The notes below the pieces were generated by a model, which was given only the letters and a program-made list of their open reading frames with translations, made no database searches and was not told the DNA's origin. 64,000 bases of DNA from Isurus oxyrinchus. Taxonomy: Eukaryota. Numbering within the stretch: the first letter of the stretch is position 1; every line of letters begins with the position of its first letter. Both the position numbers and the translations under genes were made by a program. The stretch is from the NCBI GenBank assembly GCA_026770705.1, contig JANJGN010000034.1, positions 4,092,001 to 4,156,000 of the forward strand, written 5' to 3'. Shown here in pieces: positions 13,641 through 27,735 of this stretch.

Positions 13641-15567
13641 ATCCTCGAAGTGAAGGATGAATCGGAATACATTGAAAGTTGATAATTTTACTCCAAAGTC
13701 TTTCAGAGAATTATTTTCAAGAATAAAGTGATTAAGCGAAGTTTGATACCTCATCAAAGTAGTGGCCCGCGTTAGTTTCTACCCTCGATGCTGTCTGGTT
13801 ATTCCCAAATCGAAAATTAAGGTGAATACATTTTGTATGCCATTTTAAACATCAGAGTTAAAGAACAAGGGGGACGGTAAGAATATAACTTTCTTATTAT
13901 TACATAACAACTGCTTACAACCTGGTTGGCGACCAATCTGTTTAAAGTTTAGGCTCTGGTTACATTGACGAATAACCTTCCAGTATCTGCAATGATATTT
14001 GAGTCTGAGATCAAAAGCAAAGCATTTCCCTTCCTAATGACTTACTTCAGGAAATGTATGTCCATCAATTACTGAAGTAGGGACAATCAACGACAACGCA
14101 GAGGGAGGAGGGCGTGATTTTGAGCTGCGGGCCGTCAATGAACAGTGGCAAATTGACTGTTGATCTTATAAATTTTCCAAAAAGGAGAGCGTAAATATAA
14201 TAAACAATGGGCAACATTTAGATCTTCGCAGGCACTAGAAGTAATACTGCATGAAGTCGAAGCCAAACCAATGCTTGTGATTTATGACTCAGCTGGGTGG
14301 GCAATCAAGCTCCTGTTGGCCAATGTATTCATGAATAATTAACCCATGTTCAAGGGGATTCAACTGCTTAACGTGGAAACGACAAGTGTCTCTTCTATTT
14401 CGCTGCATTGCCATGGAATAATTTGTGAATTTGTCAAGTAGCCTTTTAATATGGTTGCAAGTGAGGTAAATTGATAGTACGACTTACAGACTGGACAAGA
14501 AATACGTAGCCTGGATAGGCAAAAACAGTGTCTTGACTGGAATACAGCAAATGTAGTTCAAAAAATGCTCTTAAATAGGCACTGATGAGTCAAGTGTTTT
14601 CTGTTTCTAGGTGTTGCTTGCTGTATTGAGCTTAAGAGAAAACAACCTGTGATGGGATAGCAATTAATGATACAGCAAACTTCCGGACATCGGCACGAAA
14701 TTGGACGGTCATTCCGGACATTCAAAAGCACTTATTCCGAAAGGCTTCCATCTTCTGTAATGGATACTTACTTCGTGCGCAAACTGTAGACAAATCAGTC
14801 TGGCATTTGCATTTGATGCGAGAAGTCTGCACAGTACGCCATAACTTTGGTAGTATGAGCCAGACAGTCTTCTTTCATACATTAGATTTTGTGCCACGAA
14901 TAACATACTTTAGCAGCGATTTTGAAGCAGATAATAACTTACTGCTGGCAAGAGACTTGGCTTTCAGCTTGCGTGTGTGTTCACTCCTATATTAAAAATC
15001 TTGCAGTTCAGGCTTGCAAGCGTAATATTGAAATGAACATGAATGACCAGAAACACAGATATTTCAGCATATCATGAAAACATGATGAGCACCTGCTGAT
15101 TTTGCAGTGATTGGCTGAGAAACGATTTCAGTTAAGGGCAAACTGAAGAACAGCAGTCTTCTGGACTTTTGATCTAATAGAAAAAACATGCACTGCAACC
15201 TGTTGAAAAGCAGAAGGCACAGGCGTTAGAAATTAATATCAGTCCAGTCATGAGGTGAAGGATTATGTTTAAACTAAGAAAATTCACTGTGCGAATTTCA
15301 TTTGGCTATTTGCAAGTGTACCGTTAACACTCACAGATCTGAGAAAATGTCAAGAAGGTAAGTCAGTGCCTTCATATTTGCGTTTCTCGGGAAGTGTTAT
15401 TTGACCAGGACAAGACAGAGAGAGAGACAAAGTGACAGAGATTGAGAGACCAGGAGAGAGAGGATAGAGAGAGGGAGGGAGGGATCTTTGTAATGATGTA
15501 CCGAAAGGGAAGAAACGCATGTTTGCCCATGCTGTTTTTTTTTTCAATGATGTTGCTTCATGAACCT

Positions 15568-16165
15568 GATGAAGCTTTAAAACTGGGCGACATCTGTGAC
15601 ACACAACGTAAGCATCAAACCATGGACGAAGCTAAGTTTTGCAACAACCAATAGACCAAATCTTAACTCTGCAGTCCTCCCACATTCAGCTGTGAATGGT
15701 GGTGGACAACAAAGCAATTCGCTGGATGAGATGTTTCAACATGTATCACCATCACCAATGATGGACTCGCCCAACAGAGCATTGTGAAATTTAACTCCGA
15801 AGCATTTGCAACAAACATTAACCAGAAATGCTGAGTGCAATATCCTGCTCGGAATTTCTCCGAATTAGACAGCTTCACACATGTCAGTCCAAAGAACTTT
15901 GTATTCACTCCATGTGATATGGAGTAACGTCTGAAGGCAATCGATACTGAAAAGGCTAAAGTCCTGTCAAAATTCCAGCAGTTGTAAAATAGGCTGCTGC
16001 TCCAGAACTTTCAGCGCACGTCACTGATCTTTTCCAGCACAGCTAAAACATTGGTATCTGACCGACTCAGAGCAAAATCGAGCAGGTATGTCCTGTAAGC
16101 AAGAAGAGGGACAATCCCATATCGACCAATAACCGCCCCATTAGCCTAAACTTGATTATCTCCAT
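15568..16165 (+). mobile_element. CR1-type LINE ORF2 fragment
   Basis: 'gtgaatggtggtggacaa', 'ttcactccatgtgatat' and downstream RT-proximal sequence; colinear with 38950-40922. Confidence 0.85.
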
Positions 16166-16814
16166 TGTGCATAACCCATTTTTAACTGTGTTTAACGTCC
16201 CGCCGGCTTAACATCCTTGAGCCCTTGCCCAATTTGCTTGGATCGTAACATTCATTCTATTCCCAACTTCAAGTCTAGTGTCCATTTAATTATAAATCAG
16301 TTCACTGAATACTTTCTAAAATTAACGTGTCGTACTAGATTCTCAACATTCGTTTCTAATAATACTGTCAAACACCTGATCATCAGCCAAATTATAACAT
16401 GTTATGGCTGCTTGCATGATATTGAGTCAATACATTCCTGCAAGCAGTTTGGAAAGTTTCACCATATTAATATTAAATTCAGAATAAGTGGATGTTGTTT
16501 CTTTTCATGTCTGATTCTTTAACAACATGTAACGTCTCTGTACAGCAACATTTCTAAGCTATGACATATATCCAACACTGCAGTCCGTGAAATATGGCCC
16601 CATACACGATACTAAATGGATCAAAAATCTGAAAATCCCCCTTGTTCTAACACGTATCAGTAAAGTTGTTGAATTTCCCTGAATTTGAAAACCTTCTGAC
16701 AGAAAGGTTTCCCCTGAGAAGCGAAATCATAGTTAAATCTTAAACATTGGCCTCAAACTGTGTCTGTGAATGCCAGCTGCACAAGAATTTGCCAGATATT
16801 ATGCCAAATTTAAT

Positions 16815-16899
16815 TTGAGATATGCGTACCTTGCAAAGTTATTTTGGCTATTAACAAATGTATTGTTAACTCTCACAGAACTGAAGAAATGCCAGGGAG
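16815..16899 (+). pseudogene. Putative leader/hydrophobic exon relic (representative copy), LRYAYLAKLFWLLTNVLLTLTELKKCQG, phase-1 donor
   Basis: Open frame ending at GTAATG (16900). Homologous GTAA donors at 1661, 13482, 15358, 26327, 29044, 30946, 36836, 38654, 51269, 52420 and 56250. An in-frame ATG was seen only in the copy at ~51184. Confidence 0.4.
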
Positions 16900-17329
16900 G
16901 TAATGCACTAATTTTTATCATTTCCATGAATATATAATTGATTTATATACATGCCGTCTAGAATATCTGAGGGGGAGAAATATAGAGAGAGATAGATTGA
17001 TAGAGAGAGAGAAAGAGACCGAGACAGTGAGAGAGATAGAGAGATATAGAGACAGAGTGAAATGAAGGGAGAAGTAGAGAGGGAGATCCTCGAAGTAAAG
17101 GATCAATCAGAGTAGAAGGAAGATTGCCATTGTTGCTCAAAAGTCTTTGAGCGAAATCTTTTGAAGGATAAATTGATTGAACGGGGTTTGATGCCTCATT
17201 AAAGGAGTGTTCCGCGTTGGTTTCTTTTGCCGATGCTCTCTGGTCATTCCAAAATCGAAAACTAATGTGAAGGGAAATACATTTGTTATGGTATTTTTTT
17301 GCTTTTCATTGAAGTCAGTTCATGAACCT

Positions 17330-19245
17330 GATGAACCTTAAAAACGGGGCTATTTCCTTGACACAAAGCATAAGCATCACGAGATGGACGAAGCTAAGCT
17401 TTGCAACAACCAACAGACGAAATTCAAGCTTGGCAGTCCTGACACGTCCATCCGTGAATGGTGCTGGACAACAAAGAAATTCGCTGGATGAGATCGTTCA
17501 ACATGTATCAACATCCTCAATGATGGATTAGCCAATATAGCATTGCAAAAGATAAGGCCGAAGCATTCGCCACATCCATTAACCAGAAATGGTGAGTGCA
17601 ATACCAACTCGCCCTTCCTCTGTGCTACGCAGCTACAGAAATGCCAATCCTCAAGCCAATTTTATTCACTCCATGTGATATATATTAACGACTGAAGGCA
17701 ATCAATACTGAAAAAGCTATTGGCCCTGTCAAAATTCTGGCAGCTGTACTGAAGGCTTGAGCGCCAGAACGTCCAGCGCACCTCACTGATCATTTCCAGC
17801 TCAACTAAAACAGTGGCATTTTCACAGCTCTGTGCAAAATCGCCCAGGTCTGACCTGTACGCAAATAAAAAGGACAATCCATACTTGGCCAATAACCGCC
17901 CCTTTAACCTACTCTCAATCATCTGTGAAGTTATTGACGTGGTCACCAACAGTGCTAACAAGTGGCACTTGCTAAAAACTAACACGTCTCTTTGATGCCC
18001 TGTTTGAAACCTAACAACGCTATTCAGCTTCTGACCACGTTACAGTCGTGGTTGAAACATGTTCCAAGGAACTAAACTGACGAGGTGAGGTCAGAGTAAC
18101 TGCGCCTGTCATCAATGCAGCTTTTGACGGAGTATGACATTAAAGAGCCCGAACGCAACTGGAGTCAATGGGGGGTGTGGGGGGGGGGGGGGGGGGGGGG
18201 GAATCTCCGTTGGTGCAGTTATACCTAGCATAAAGAAAGATGGTTGTGGTTTCTGGAGGCCAGTCAACTCAGTTCTGGGATTTCATTGCAGGAGTTCATG
18301 AGCGTAGGCTCAACAATCTTGAGTTCCTTTATTAATGCCCTTCCATCCATGAAAATTTACTATGTGGTATGTTCGCTGCCGACAGCACAATGTTCAGCAA
18401 CATTCCCGACTCTTCAGATACTGAAGCAGACCACGTCCAAAAACAACAAGACCTGGACAATATGTCAGTTTGTTTTCGCTAGTGGAAAGCTGTATTCACG
18501 ACATACAAGCATCAGGCAATTTACCACTTCTTAAAATAAAGAATTTGAGCACAGGCCTTGATGTGCTATGGCATGGCCGTCACTTGGGGTTTCGATTGGA
18601 GAGAAAAATTTCCTGCTAGCCACATAAACACTGTGGCTGCAAAAGCAGGTCAGGGAAGTGATCGCTGTGAGGAGAAACTCCGCTCCTGACTCCCCAAAAT
18701 CTATGCACCCTCTACAAGGCACAAGTCAGGAATTTGATGAACGAATTGGCACTTGCCTTGATGGGTGCTGTTCCTATGGCACTGGGGCAGTTGGACAGAG
18801 TCCAGGGCCAAGAATTACGATTGATTAACAAAACATTAGAAAGGATTGATTCTCTCCACTGCCTAGGCAAAGCAGAAGCAGTGAGTACCATCTTCATGAT
18901 GTACTGCAGGAATTCAGCGAGGCTTCTTACACAATACTTTCCAAATTCTCGATCTCTAAAAACAAGAAGGTCAAGGGCAGCAGAAGGCTGGTTACACCTC
19001 CACCCGGGAGGTCTCCTCCAATTCAATCAAATTTCTGTCTAGGTAATATGTCGCTTTTCCTTAACAGCATCTACATAAAAAATCTGGAACCGCCACTCAC
19101 TAACATCGATGTGGAGCTACATAAACCAAATTAACTGCAGCAGGTTAAGAATTCAGCTCAATACCACCTTCTCAAGGACAACTAGGAGGAGTCAATAAAC
19201 AATGGCCCAGCAAGCGAAGCTCACATCCCTTGAAGGAATAAAAAT
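17330..19245 (+). mobile_element. CR1-type LINE, 5'-truncated, degenerate RT
   Basis: 'NNRPFNLLSIICEVI', 'atgttcgctgccgac' (MFAxD) and a 3' end 'gctcacatcccttgaaggaataaaaa'. Confidence 0.92.
18170..18201 (+). repeat. Poly-G tract inside CR1 (homologous tract at 32185-32224)
   Basis: Direct reading; both follow the CR1 'ctgga(g/a).caatggg' site. Confidence 0.9.
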
Positions 19246-22200
19246 GAAGAAAATTGTGGGAAAACGCAGTGTCACCACTGGACAAAGCAATGTCCCCCTT
19301 ATATCACTGTTGTCTGTCTTTAGCAATTGCTGAATCTCATATTAAACTGCAATGAAACACTTTCGCTGGACCATTCAGATCTGAAAAAGAACGGCGAAGG
19401 TTAAGAGATTGCAGATTTTTTTTACTATAATGAGGAATGCATACAATTCTTTTCGAGAGCAATCTGTTTCAAATGTATGCATTGGTCAAATTGACGAAAG
19501 ATATTCCAGTATCGGCAATGATGGTTGTTTCGGAGATCAAAGGTAGTGTGTTTTCTCTCCCTAATGGTTATTTGCAGGAAATAATCTGCTCACCAATATC
19601 CGAGGCAAAGATTGTATTAATCAACCACAAACAATGGTGAACACAGATTGCTGGATGTTATGGTGAAACGTGTACCGGCAGCAAAATCTGGATTAATATC
19701 TGCTAATTCCGGTTGCATGTCTGAACAGCAGAGTGGCAATCGGAGGAGGGTTTGCACCGATTTGAGGCTCCTGAGGCATCAGATTTAAAGGTGCATCAAT
19801 TTCAAGAGGAATCGATGAAAGTGTGGTTCTTGCTACAACTACTGCGAAAAACATTCAACTCTTGCCCAATTCAGGTTCAGCATAATGAAGACACGTTGAA
19901 GATCAATCAACTTTTAAACGTGGGAAAGTGGGGATTGATCTTTTTATTTAAAATCGGCTAGCTGTCGTATTTTGTGAGTTGTTTAAATGTTCTAAAAGGT
20001 TGTCATTTGAGATAAATTGGTAATAGGGCTTAAATACCGGATTTCTTTAAAAAACTGCATTTGATTGAACAGTAAATGATGGGCATTTTAGTGGCATAAA
20101 AGTCATAGAGCTGAAATATAATTTGCTGTAAAAAAAGAACATTTCGATAAATTCGTAATTCTAACTTAGTGATGCTGGCTCAATAGAGGGTAATATACAG
20201 GATCACAATTGACATAGCAAATGATAATACCACAAACGTCCGAGTCTGGACAAGCAATTGCATGATAATGCAACTATTGGGGTTTGGGGTATTGGGAAGG
20301 CTTTCAGTCTTCTGCACTAGAAAATTAGATCCCCTATCAACTTTTGGAAAATCAATGAGAAATCCTTTAAAATTAAGGAAATCTACAAGACAGTAGTCAT
20401 CTTCGCATTTGATCTCTTGGTCATGCATGCATGGCTAATATTTGAAATAAAGTAGATACAGGTATTGCAAACTCATTAAAATCAACATGATAGGCTATTA
20501 TTTATGCAGCTAATTAAACTAGTTATTTTGATATAGACAGTCCATTTCAAGGATAGCATCAGATGGTGCCAGAATGCTTTTCCACATTGAAAGTGGCAAT
20601 TCTTTTTTTTTGGAAAGCAGACAGACTCAATTCATAGAACTGGGGTGTTAGGTCCACTTGTAGAGCGAAAGCAAAGTCCCAGAAAACGAGTGGACTGATT
20701 GACAACTTGATTAATATTTGTCACCGCTGAATTACACAGAATGTGGATTCAAGATTTCTTGATGTCAACATTTACTCCATGGCGCAAAATCAATTTTCAA
20801 CTGTCTTTAAAATCCGCCAACATAACGCTTTTGAGGCCTTGCCTATTTCTCTTCGAACGTAACATTCATTCGATTCCCACCTTCAAGTCTAATGTTCATT
20901 TGATGATAACATCATCTCACACAATACTTTTTAAAATCAAAGTGTCGTACTACATTCTCAATATTGATATCTAATAATACTGCCAAACACCTGATCATCA
21001 GCCAAGATGTATCACTTTATGGCTGTTTGTCATAAAGTATGTCATATATCAAACGCTGCATTCAGTGAAATATAACCCAATACGGATGACTAATTTGATT
21101 AAAAATTTCATAATCCCCTGTGTTCTAACACGTATCAGTAAAGTTGTTGGATTTCCCTGAATTAAAAAAAAAATCTTACAGACAGGTTGCCACTGAAGAG
21201 CGAAAACATTGTTTAATCCTAAACATTCACCTCAAGCTACGTCTGTGAATGCCAGCTGCACAAGAATTTGCCAGATATGATGTTAAATTACATTTGAGAT
21301 ATGAGTACTTGCTAAGGTGTTTTGGCTATTAGCAAATGTACTGTTAACCCTCACAGAACTCAACAAAGGCCAGGGAGTTAATGCAGTAATTTATAGTTCC
21401 TATGAATATATAATTGATTTATGGACATGTCTTTTAGTTTTGCTGATAGAGATTAATATAGAGAAAGATAGCGAGAGCAGGAGAGACAGAGAGAGAGAGA
21501 GAGATATAGAGAAGGGTGCAGAGAAATAGAAAGAGAGATCCTCGAAGTGAAGGATAAATCAGAGTACATGGAAGATTGTCAGTGTTGCTCCAAAGTCTTT
21601 GTACGAAGTCTTTTCAAGGATAAATTGATTAAAGAAGTTTTGATGCCTCATTAAAGCAGTGTCCCGCGTTGGCTTCTGCTGTCGACTCTCTGGTCATTCC
21701 CAAATCGAAATTTAATGTGAATGTAAATACATTTGTTATGCCTTTTTATTCATCAGAGCTGAAGAAGGAGGATGGTAATGAAATATTATTCTTATTTTTA
21801 AATAACAGTTGCATAATAACACGGTTGGTGACCAATCTGTTTCAAGCTTAGAGACTGGTCACATTGACGAACAACCTTCCACTGAATGCAATGAAATTTG
21901 AGCCCGAGGTCAAATGCAATGCGTTTTGCCTTCCTAAAGACTTACTTCAGGAAATTTCTACTGTCAATTTCCGAAGAAGGGAGTTATTTGCCCAATTGAC
22001 AATCAAAGATGATGCAGCGAGAGGACGGCATGATTTTGATCTGTGGGCCGTCAATGCAAAGTGGTGAATAGACAGTTAATTTTATAACGTTTCTGAATAG
22101 CAGAGCGCAGACAAAATAGATGATGACCAAAATTTAAATGTTCGGAGGCATTGGAAGTAATGATTCATGAAGTTGAAGCGAAGCCAATGCCTGTGACTTC

Positions 22201-23319
22201 TATGACTGAAATGATTGGACAATGAAGCGACAGTTGTCCAATTTAATCGTGCATAATTAGGTCATGTTCAAGGGGGTTCATCTGTTTAACGTGGACTGGG
22301 CAGTTATGTTTTCTATTTGAGTGCATTGTCATGGGATAATTTGTGACTCTGTCAAGAAGCCTTTTAATATGATCGCTAGTGAGGTAAACTGATAATAGCA
22401 CTTGGAGCCTGCAGAAGACATACGTTGGCTGGATAGGCAACAACAGTGTCTTGACTTGAATACAGCAAATTGAGTTCAAAACAAAATTAGCTCTTTGTCA
22501 GGGACTGATGGGTCAAGTGTTTTCTGTTTCTCGGTGTTGCTGGCTGTTTTGAGCTTAAGAGTACACAGCCTGAGATGCGATAGCAATTAATGATACAGCA
22601 AACGCATGGACATCAGCACGAAATGTGACGGTCTGAAATGACATTGAACAGCAATTTTTTTCAGAAGGCCTTACATCTTCTCGACTTGAGACTTAGGTCC
22701 TGTGCAAACTGTAGACAAATCAGCCTGAAATTTGCCTTGATATGAGAAAGGCTGCACAGTAATTGCTACATACCTTTGGGAGTATAAGCCACACAATCTT
22801 ATATCGCACTTTAGAGTATATGCTGTGAGTAACATATTTTAGCAGAGATTGTGAAGCAGAAAATAACTTAATAGTAACTAGAGACTAGTCTTTCATATTG
22901 TGTGTGTGTTTACTCCACTAATCAAAAGGCTTGCAGTTCAGGATGGCAGGCGTCATATTGAAATGAACATGAATGATGAGCAACAGAGATTGTTCAGCAC
23001 ATCGAAAAAAAACTAGCACCTGCTGTTTTTGTAATGATTGGCTGAGAACCGAATTCTCTCAAGGGCAAGCTGATGAACGTCAATGTTCTGGTCATTTGAT
23101 GTATTGGAAAAAAAAAACATGCACTGCAATCTTTTCTAAAGCAGAAGGCACAGGCTTTCGCAACTATTGACAGTACAGACAAGAAGTGAAAGAGTATGTT
23201 ATTAATCTAAGATAATTTAAGTTGTGAGTTTCATTTGGCTATTCACAAGTGTGCCTTTAACACTCACAGAACTGAAAAAAATATCAAGAAGGGAACGGAG
23301 TAACTTCATACTTGTGTAC

Positions 23320-24746
23320 TTAAGGCTTTTGCTCCAGAACTTGCAGCGCACCTCGCCGATCTTTTCCAGCACAGCTAAAACAGTGGCATCTTCCCGAATC
23401 TGTGCAAAATCGCAAAGGTATGACCTTATGCAAAAATAATGAATATCCCCACTTGGCCAATAACTTTAGCCTACCCTCGATCATCTGTGTAGTTATGGGA
23501 ATGGTCACCAACAGTGCTCCCAAGTGGCACTTGCTTAACAATAACATGCTCACTGATGCCCTGTTTGAAAACTAACAACATAATTCGGCTTCTGACCACG
23601 TTACAGTCGTCTTTGAAACATGTTGCAAGGACCTACACTCAGGAGGTGAGGTGAGAGTTACAGTGCCTTTCATCAATGCAGCATTTGACTGAGTGTGACA
23701 TTAAGGAGCTCGAACACAGCTGGTGTCAAAACGGGGAATAGTCTACATTGGTGTAGTTATACCTAGCATAGAGAAAGATGCTTATGCTTGCTGGAGGCCT
23801 GCCAACTCAGCTCCAAGAGTTCATTGTAGGAGTTCTCCAGCGTAGAGTCCTAGGTCCAACAACCTTCTGCTCCTTCATGAATGCCCTTCCTTCCATCAAA
23901 ATGTACTAAGTGGGTATCTTCACTGCCGTCCACAACATTCCCCACTCTTCAGATACTGAACCAGCCCATGTCCAAATGCAGCAAGACTTGAACAATTTGT
24001 CAGTTTGGTCTAAAAAGTGGAAAGCTGTGTTCACCGCATACAATTGGCACGCAATGACAGCCACTAAAAAGAGGGAATCCGAACACTTGTCTTTAACATG
24101 GAGTTTCCAATGGAGAGAAAGTTTACTATGCTAGCCACATAAATGCTCGGACTGCAAGACCAGGTCAGGGCCAGGATCCCTGCGTGGAGGAACACGCCTG
24201 CTGAATTCCTAAAGTCTGTCCAACAACTACAAGGCTCAAGTCAGCAATTTAATGGAATATTTCCCACTTGCCTTGATGATTGCAGTTCCTGTGACACTGA
24301 AGCAGTTGCACACCGTCCAGGGCAAACATTTATGCTTTATTGAGAACTCATCAAAAAGGATTCACTCCTTCCAATGCCGACGCACAGCAGAAGCAGTGAA
24401 TCCCATGTTCATGATGCACTGAAGGAACTCAGCGGTGCTTCTTAGACAGCACCTTCCAAATACTCGTCCTCTACTAATGAGAATTGCAAATGGTAACACC
24501 TCCACCTGAGTGGTCCCCTCCAAGTCACTCACAATACAGTGTTGGTACTATATCGTTTTAACTACACTGCATCTACGTAAAAGTGCTGAAACGGTCCCTC
24601 CTTAACATCAAAGTGGAGGGAATAAAGTAAATGAGCTGCAAAAGTTTAAGAGGGCAGCACACCCCAACCTTCACAAGGGCTACAACGTGGTGTCAATATA
24701 TGCTCGCCCAGCTAGCGAAGCTCACATCCCATGAAGGAATAAAAAC
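23320..24746 (+). mobile_element. CR1-type LINE fragment
   Basis: Colinear with 17750-19245, with the same 3' junction. Confidence 0.9.
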
Positions 24747-26579
24747 GAAACCATGTGGCGAGATGCAGAGTCACAAGTGGTCAAAATATACTCCCCTCTA
24801 TGTCTCTATTGTCTGTCTTTAGCAATTGCTCAACCTATTATTAAACTGGGATGAAACAGTTTTGCGCAACCCTTCAGAACTTAAAAAGAATGGCGAAGGT
24901 TCGGAGACTTCAGATATACATTTTTTTTTTAAATAAGAATGCATACTACACGTTTGGCGAGCAATCAGTTTCAAATTTGCCAATTGGTCCAATTGACAAA
25001 ATATCTTCTATTATTGGCAATCAAGTTTGTTTCGGAGATCAAAGGCCGTGCATTTTCTCTCCCTAATTGTTATTTGCATGCAATATCCTGCACGCTAACA
25101 TCTGAGGCGAAGATTGTATTAGCCCAAGGACAAGCAATTGTGAAACAGGCGGTGTTGGATGATATGCTGAAATCTGCACCGGCAGCACGTTATGGAGTAA
25201 TATCACCGAATTCCGGTAGCATTTCTGAACAGCATAGCGTTAATCAGATGAGGGTTCTGACCGAGCTGAGGCATTGAGCCATCAGAGTTAAAGCTACAAC
25301 AATTTGAAGAGGATTCGATGTCTGTGTTATTCTTGCCACAACTGCTGTGCAAAGATTGAACTGTTGCTGAATTCAGGTTTAGCATAATGAAGACACGTTG
25401 AAGGTCGATCAAACCTTAAACGTGGAAAAGTGGGGATTGATCTTGCTATTTAAAATCGGCTAGATACACTTTTTTGTAAGTTATTTAAACATTCTTTTAA
25501 TCGGATAGCAAGTAAGAGAAATTGATAATAGCACCTAATGCCTCGATATCTTCAAAAAACTGATTTCGATTGAACGGACAATGACGCAGATTTTAACGGT
25601 ATAAAACTCAGGCCAAGTTAATGAGCTGCATCAAATGGTGCCATAATGCTTTACCTGACATGAAGTGAAAGATTATGTAAAGAATCTTAGATAATTTTAA
25701 TTGTCAGTTTGATTTGGCTATTCACAAGTGTTCCGCTAACACTCACAGAACTGACAAAATTTCAGGAAGTTAAGTCAGTAATTTCATATTTGCGTTTCTC
25801 TGTAATTGGTATTTGACCAATACATAACGCACTGTTAGAGAGAGAGAGAGAGAGAATGACAGTCACCCAGACAGATGCACACACGGGGTGACAGACAGAA
25901 GGAGAGAGAGCGAGAGAGAGAGAAAGAGAGAGAGAGAGACAGAGCTTTGCAATGATGGACCAAAACGGAAGAAATGCATTTCTGCCCATGCTGTTTTAAA
26001 TGGAGACGGATCATGAACCTGATGAATCTTTAAAACGGCGACTAGCGTGACAAAAAACACGTGCTGTTTTTGCAGTGATTGGCTGGGAACCGATTACACT
26101 TAATGGCAAACTGCAGAACAGCAGTATTCCGGTCTTTTGATCTAATGAAAAAAGCACACACTGCAACCTTTTGAAAAGCAGAAGGCACAGGCATTAGAAA
26201 CTAATGTCAGTCCGGACATGAGGTGAAGGATTATGATATATTCAAAGAAAATGTACTGTGCGAGTTTGATTTGGCTATTCACAAATGTATCGTTAACACT
26301 CACAGATCTGAGAAAATGTCAAGAAGGTAAGTCATTAACTTCATATTTGCGTTTCTATGGAATTTGTATTTGACCAGGGCATAAAGCATTGTTAGGGGGA
26401 GAGACTGACAGGCAGAGAGAGATAGAGAGACAGATGGACAGACAGAGAGACAGAGAGAGATAAAGAGCAACAGAGATTGAGAGACCAGGAGAGAGAAAGA
26501 GAGAGAGAGATCTTTGCAATGATGGACCAAAAGGGAAGAAATGCATCTTGTTTTTTTTTTCAATGAAGTCACTTCATGA

Positions 26580-27735
26580 ACCTTTTGAAGGTTTAAAACA
26601 GAGCAACTTCCGTGACACACAACATAAGAAACAAACGGTGGACGAAGCTAAGCTTTGCAAAAACAAACAGATCAAATCTAATTTCCTGCCATTTCCAAGC
26701 GTGAATGGTGCTGGACAACAAAGGAACTCGCTGTATGAGATGGCTGAACATGCAACATCAGCCTTTAGTGATCGATTAGCCTAGCACAGCTTTACAATAG
26801 ATAAGGCCGAAGCATTCATATCTAACATTAACTTGCAATGCTGTGTTCAATATCCAGCACGGACTTGCTCCGAGGTACGCAGCTTAATGGATGCTAGTCT
26901 AAAACATTTTTTTATTCAATCCATGTGATATGAAGTAACGGCGGAAGGCAATCGATACTGAAAAAGTCTATTGGCTCAGTTAAAATTCCGGCAGTTGTAC
27001 TGAAGACTTGTGGTGCAGAGCATGCACGGCAGCTCGCCGTTCTTTTCCTGCAGAGCTAAAACATTGGCATCTTCCCATCTTTCTGCAACATCGCCCAGGT
27101 AAGTCCTGTGCCAAAAAAGAAGGGCGCACCCAACTCGCCAATACCTGCCCTATTAACCTACTCTCAATCATCTGTGAAGTTATTGAAGGGGTCACTAATA
27201 GTGGTATCAAGTGGCAGTTGCTAAGCAATAACCTGCTCACTGACACCCTATTTGAAATCGAACAGCACTCCTCAACTCCTGACCACGTTACAGCCGTGTT
27301 TGAAACATTTCCCAAGGATCTGAACTCACGAGTTCAGGTGAGAGTAACTACTCTCGTCATCAATGCAACATTTGACAGATTGTGAAATTGAAGGGCACGA
27401 ACACAACTGGAGTCAAAACTGGGAAAAATCTCATTTGGTGGAGGCAGACCAAGCACAAACGAAGTTGGCTCTGATTGCTGCATGTCAGTCAACTCTCAGT
27501 TTCCGGACCGCATTGCAGGAGTTGCTTAGTTTCGCATCCAAGGCACAACAATCTCCAGCTCTCTCATCGATGCCCTTCCTTCCAGCAAATGGCCCTAACC
27601 CTAACACTAACCCTAATCCTAACCCTAACCCTAATGTTCACTCAATATTGCCCAATGTTCAGCCACATTCCAAACTCTTCAGATACTGAAGCACCCATTG
27701 TCCAAAATGCAACAGGACCTGGACAATATGTCGGT
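26580..27735 (+). mobile_element. CR1-type LINE fragment (contains a telomeric tract)
   Basis: ORF 27008-27385 'CPINLLSIICEVIEGV..HSS.PDHVTA..VRVTTLVINATFDRL' matches CR1 RT motifs. Confidence 0.92.
27593..27634 (-). repeat. Interstitial telomeric repeat (TTAGGG)7, 2 variant units
   Basis: The + strand reads ccctaa ccctaa cactaa ccctaa tcctaa ccctaa ccctaa. Confidence 0.95.

Noticed and set aside
13856-14100. Mononegavirus L-protein EVE (ELKxxG ... AQ-DNQ)
   Set aside because: The motifs are far too close together, need frameshifts, and motifs A/B are absent.
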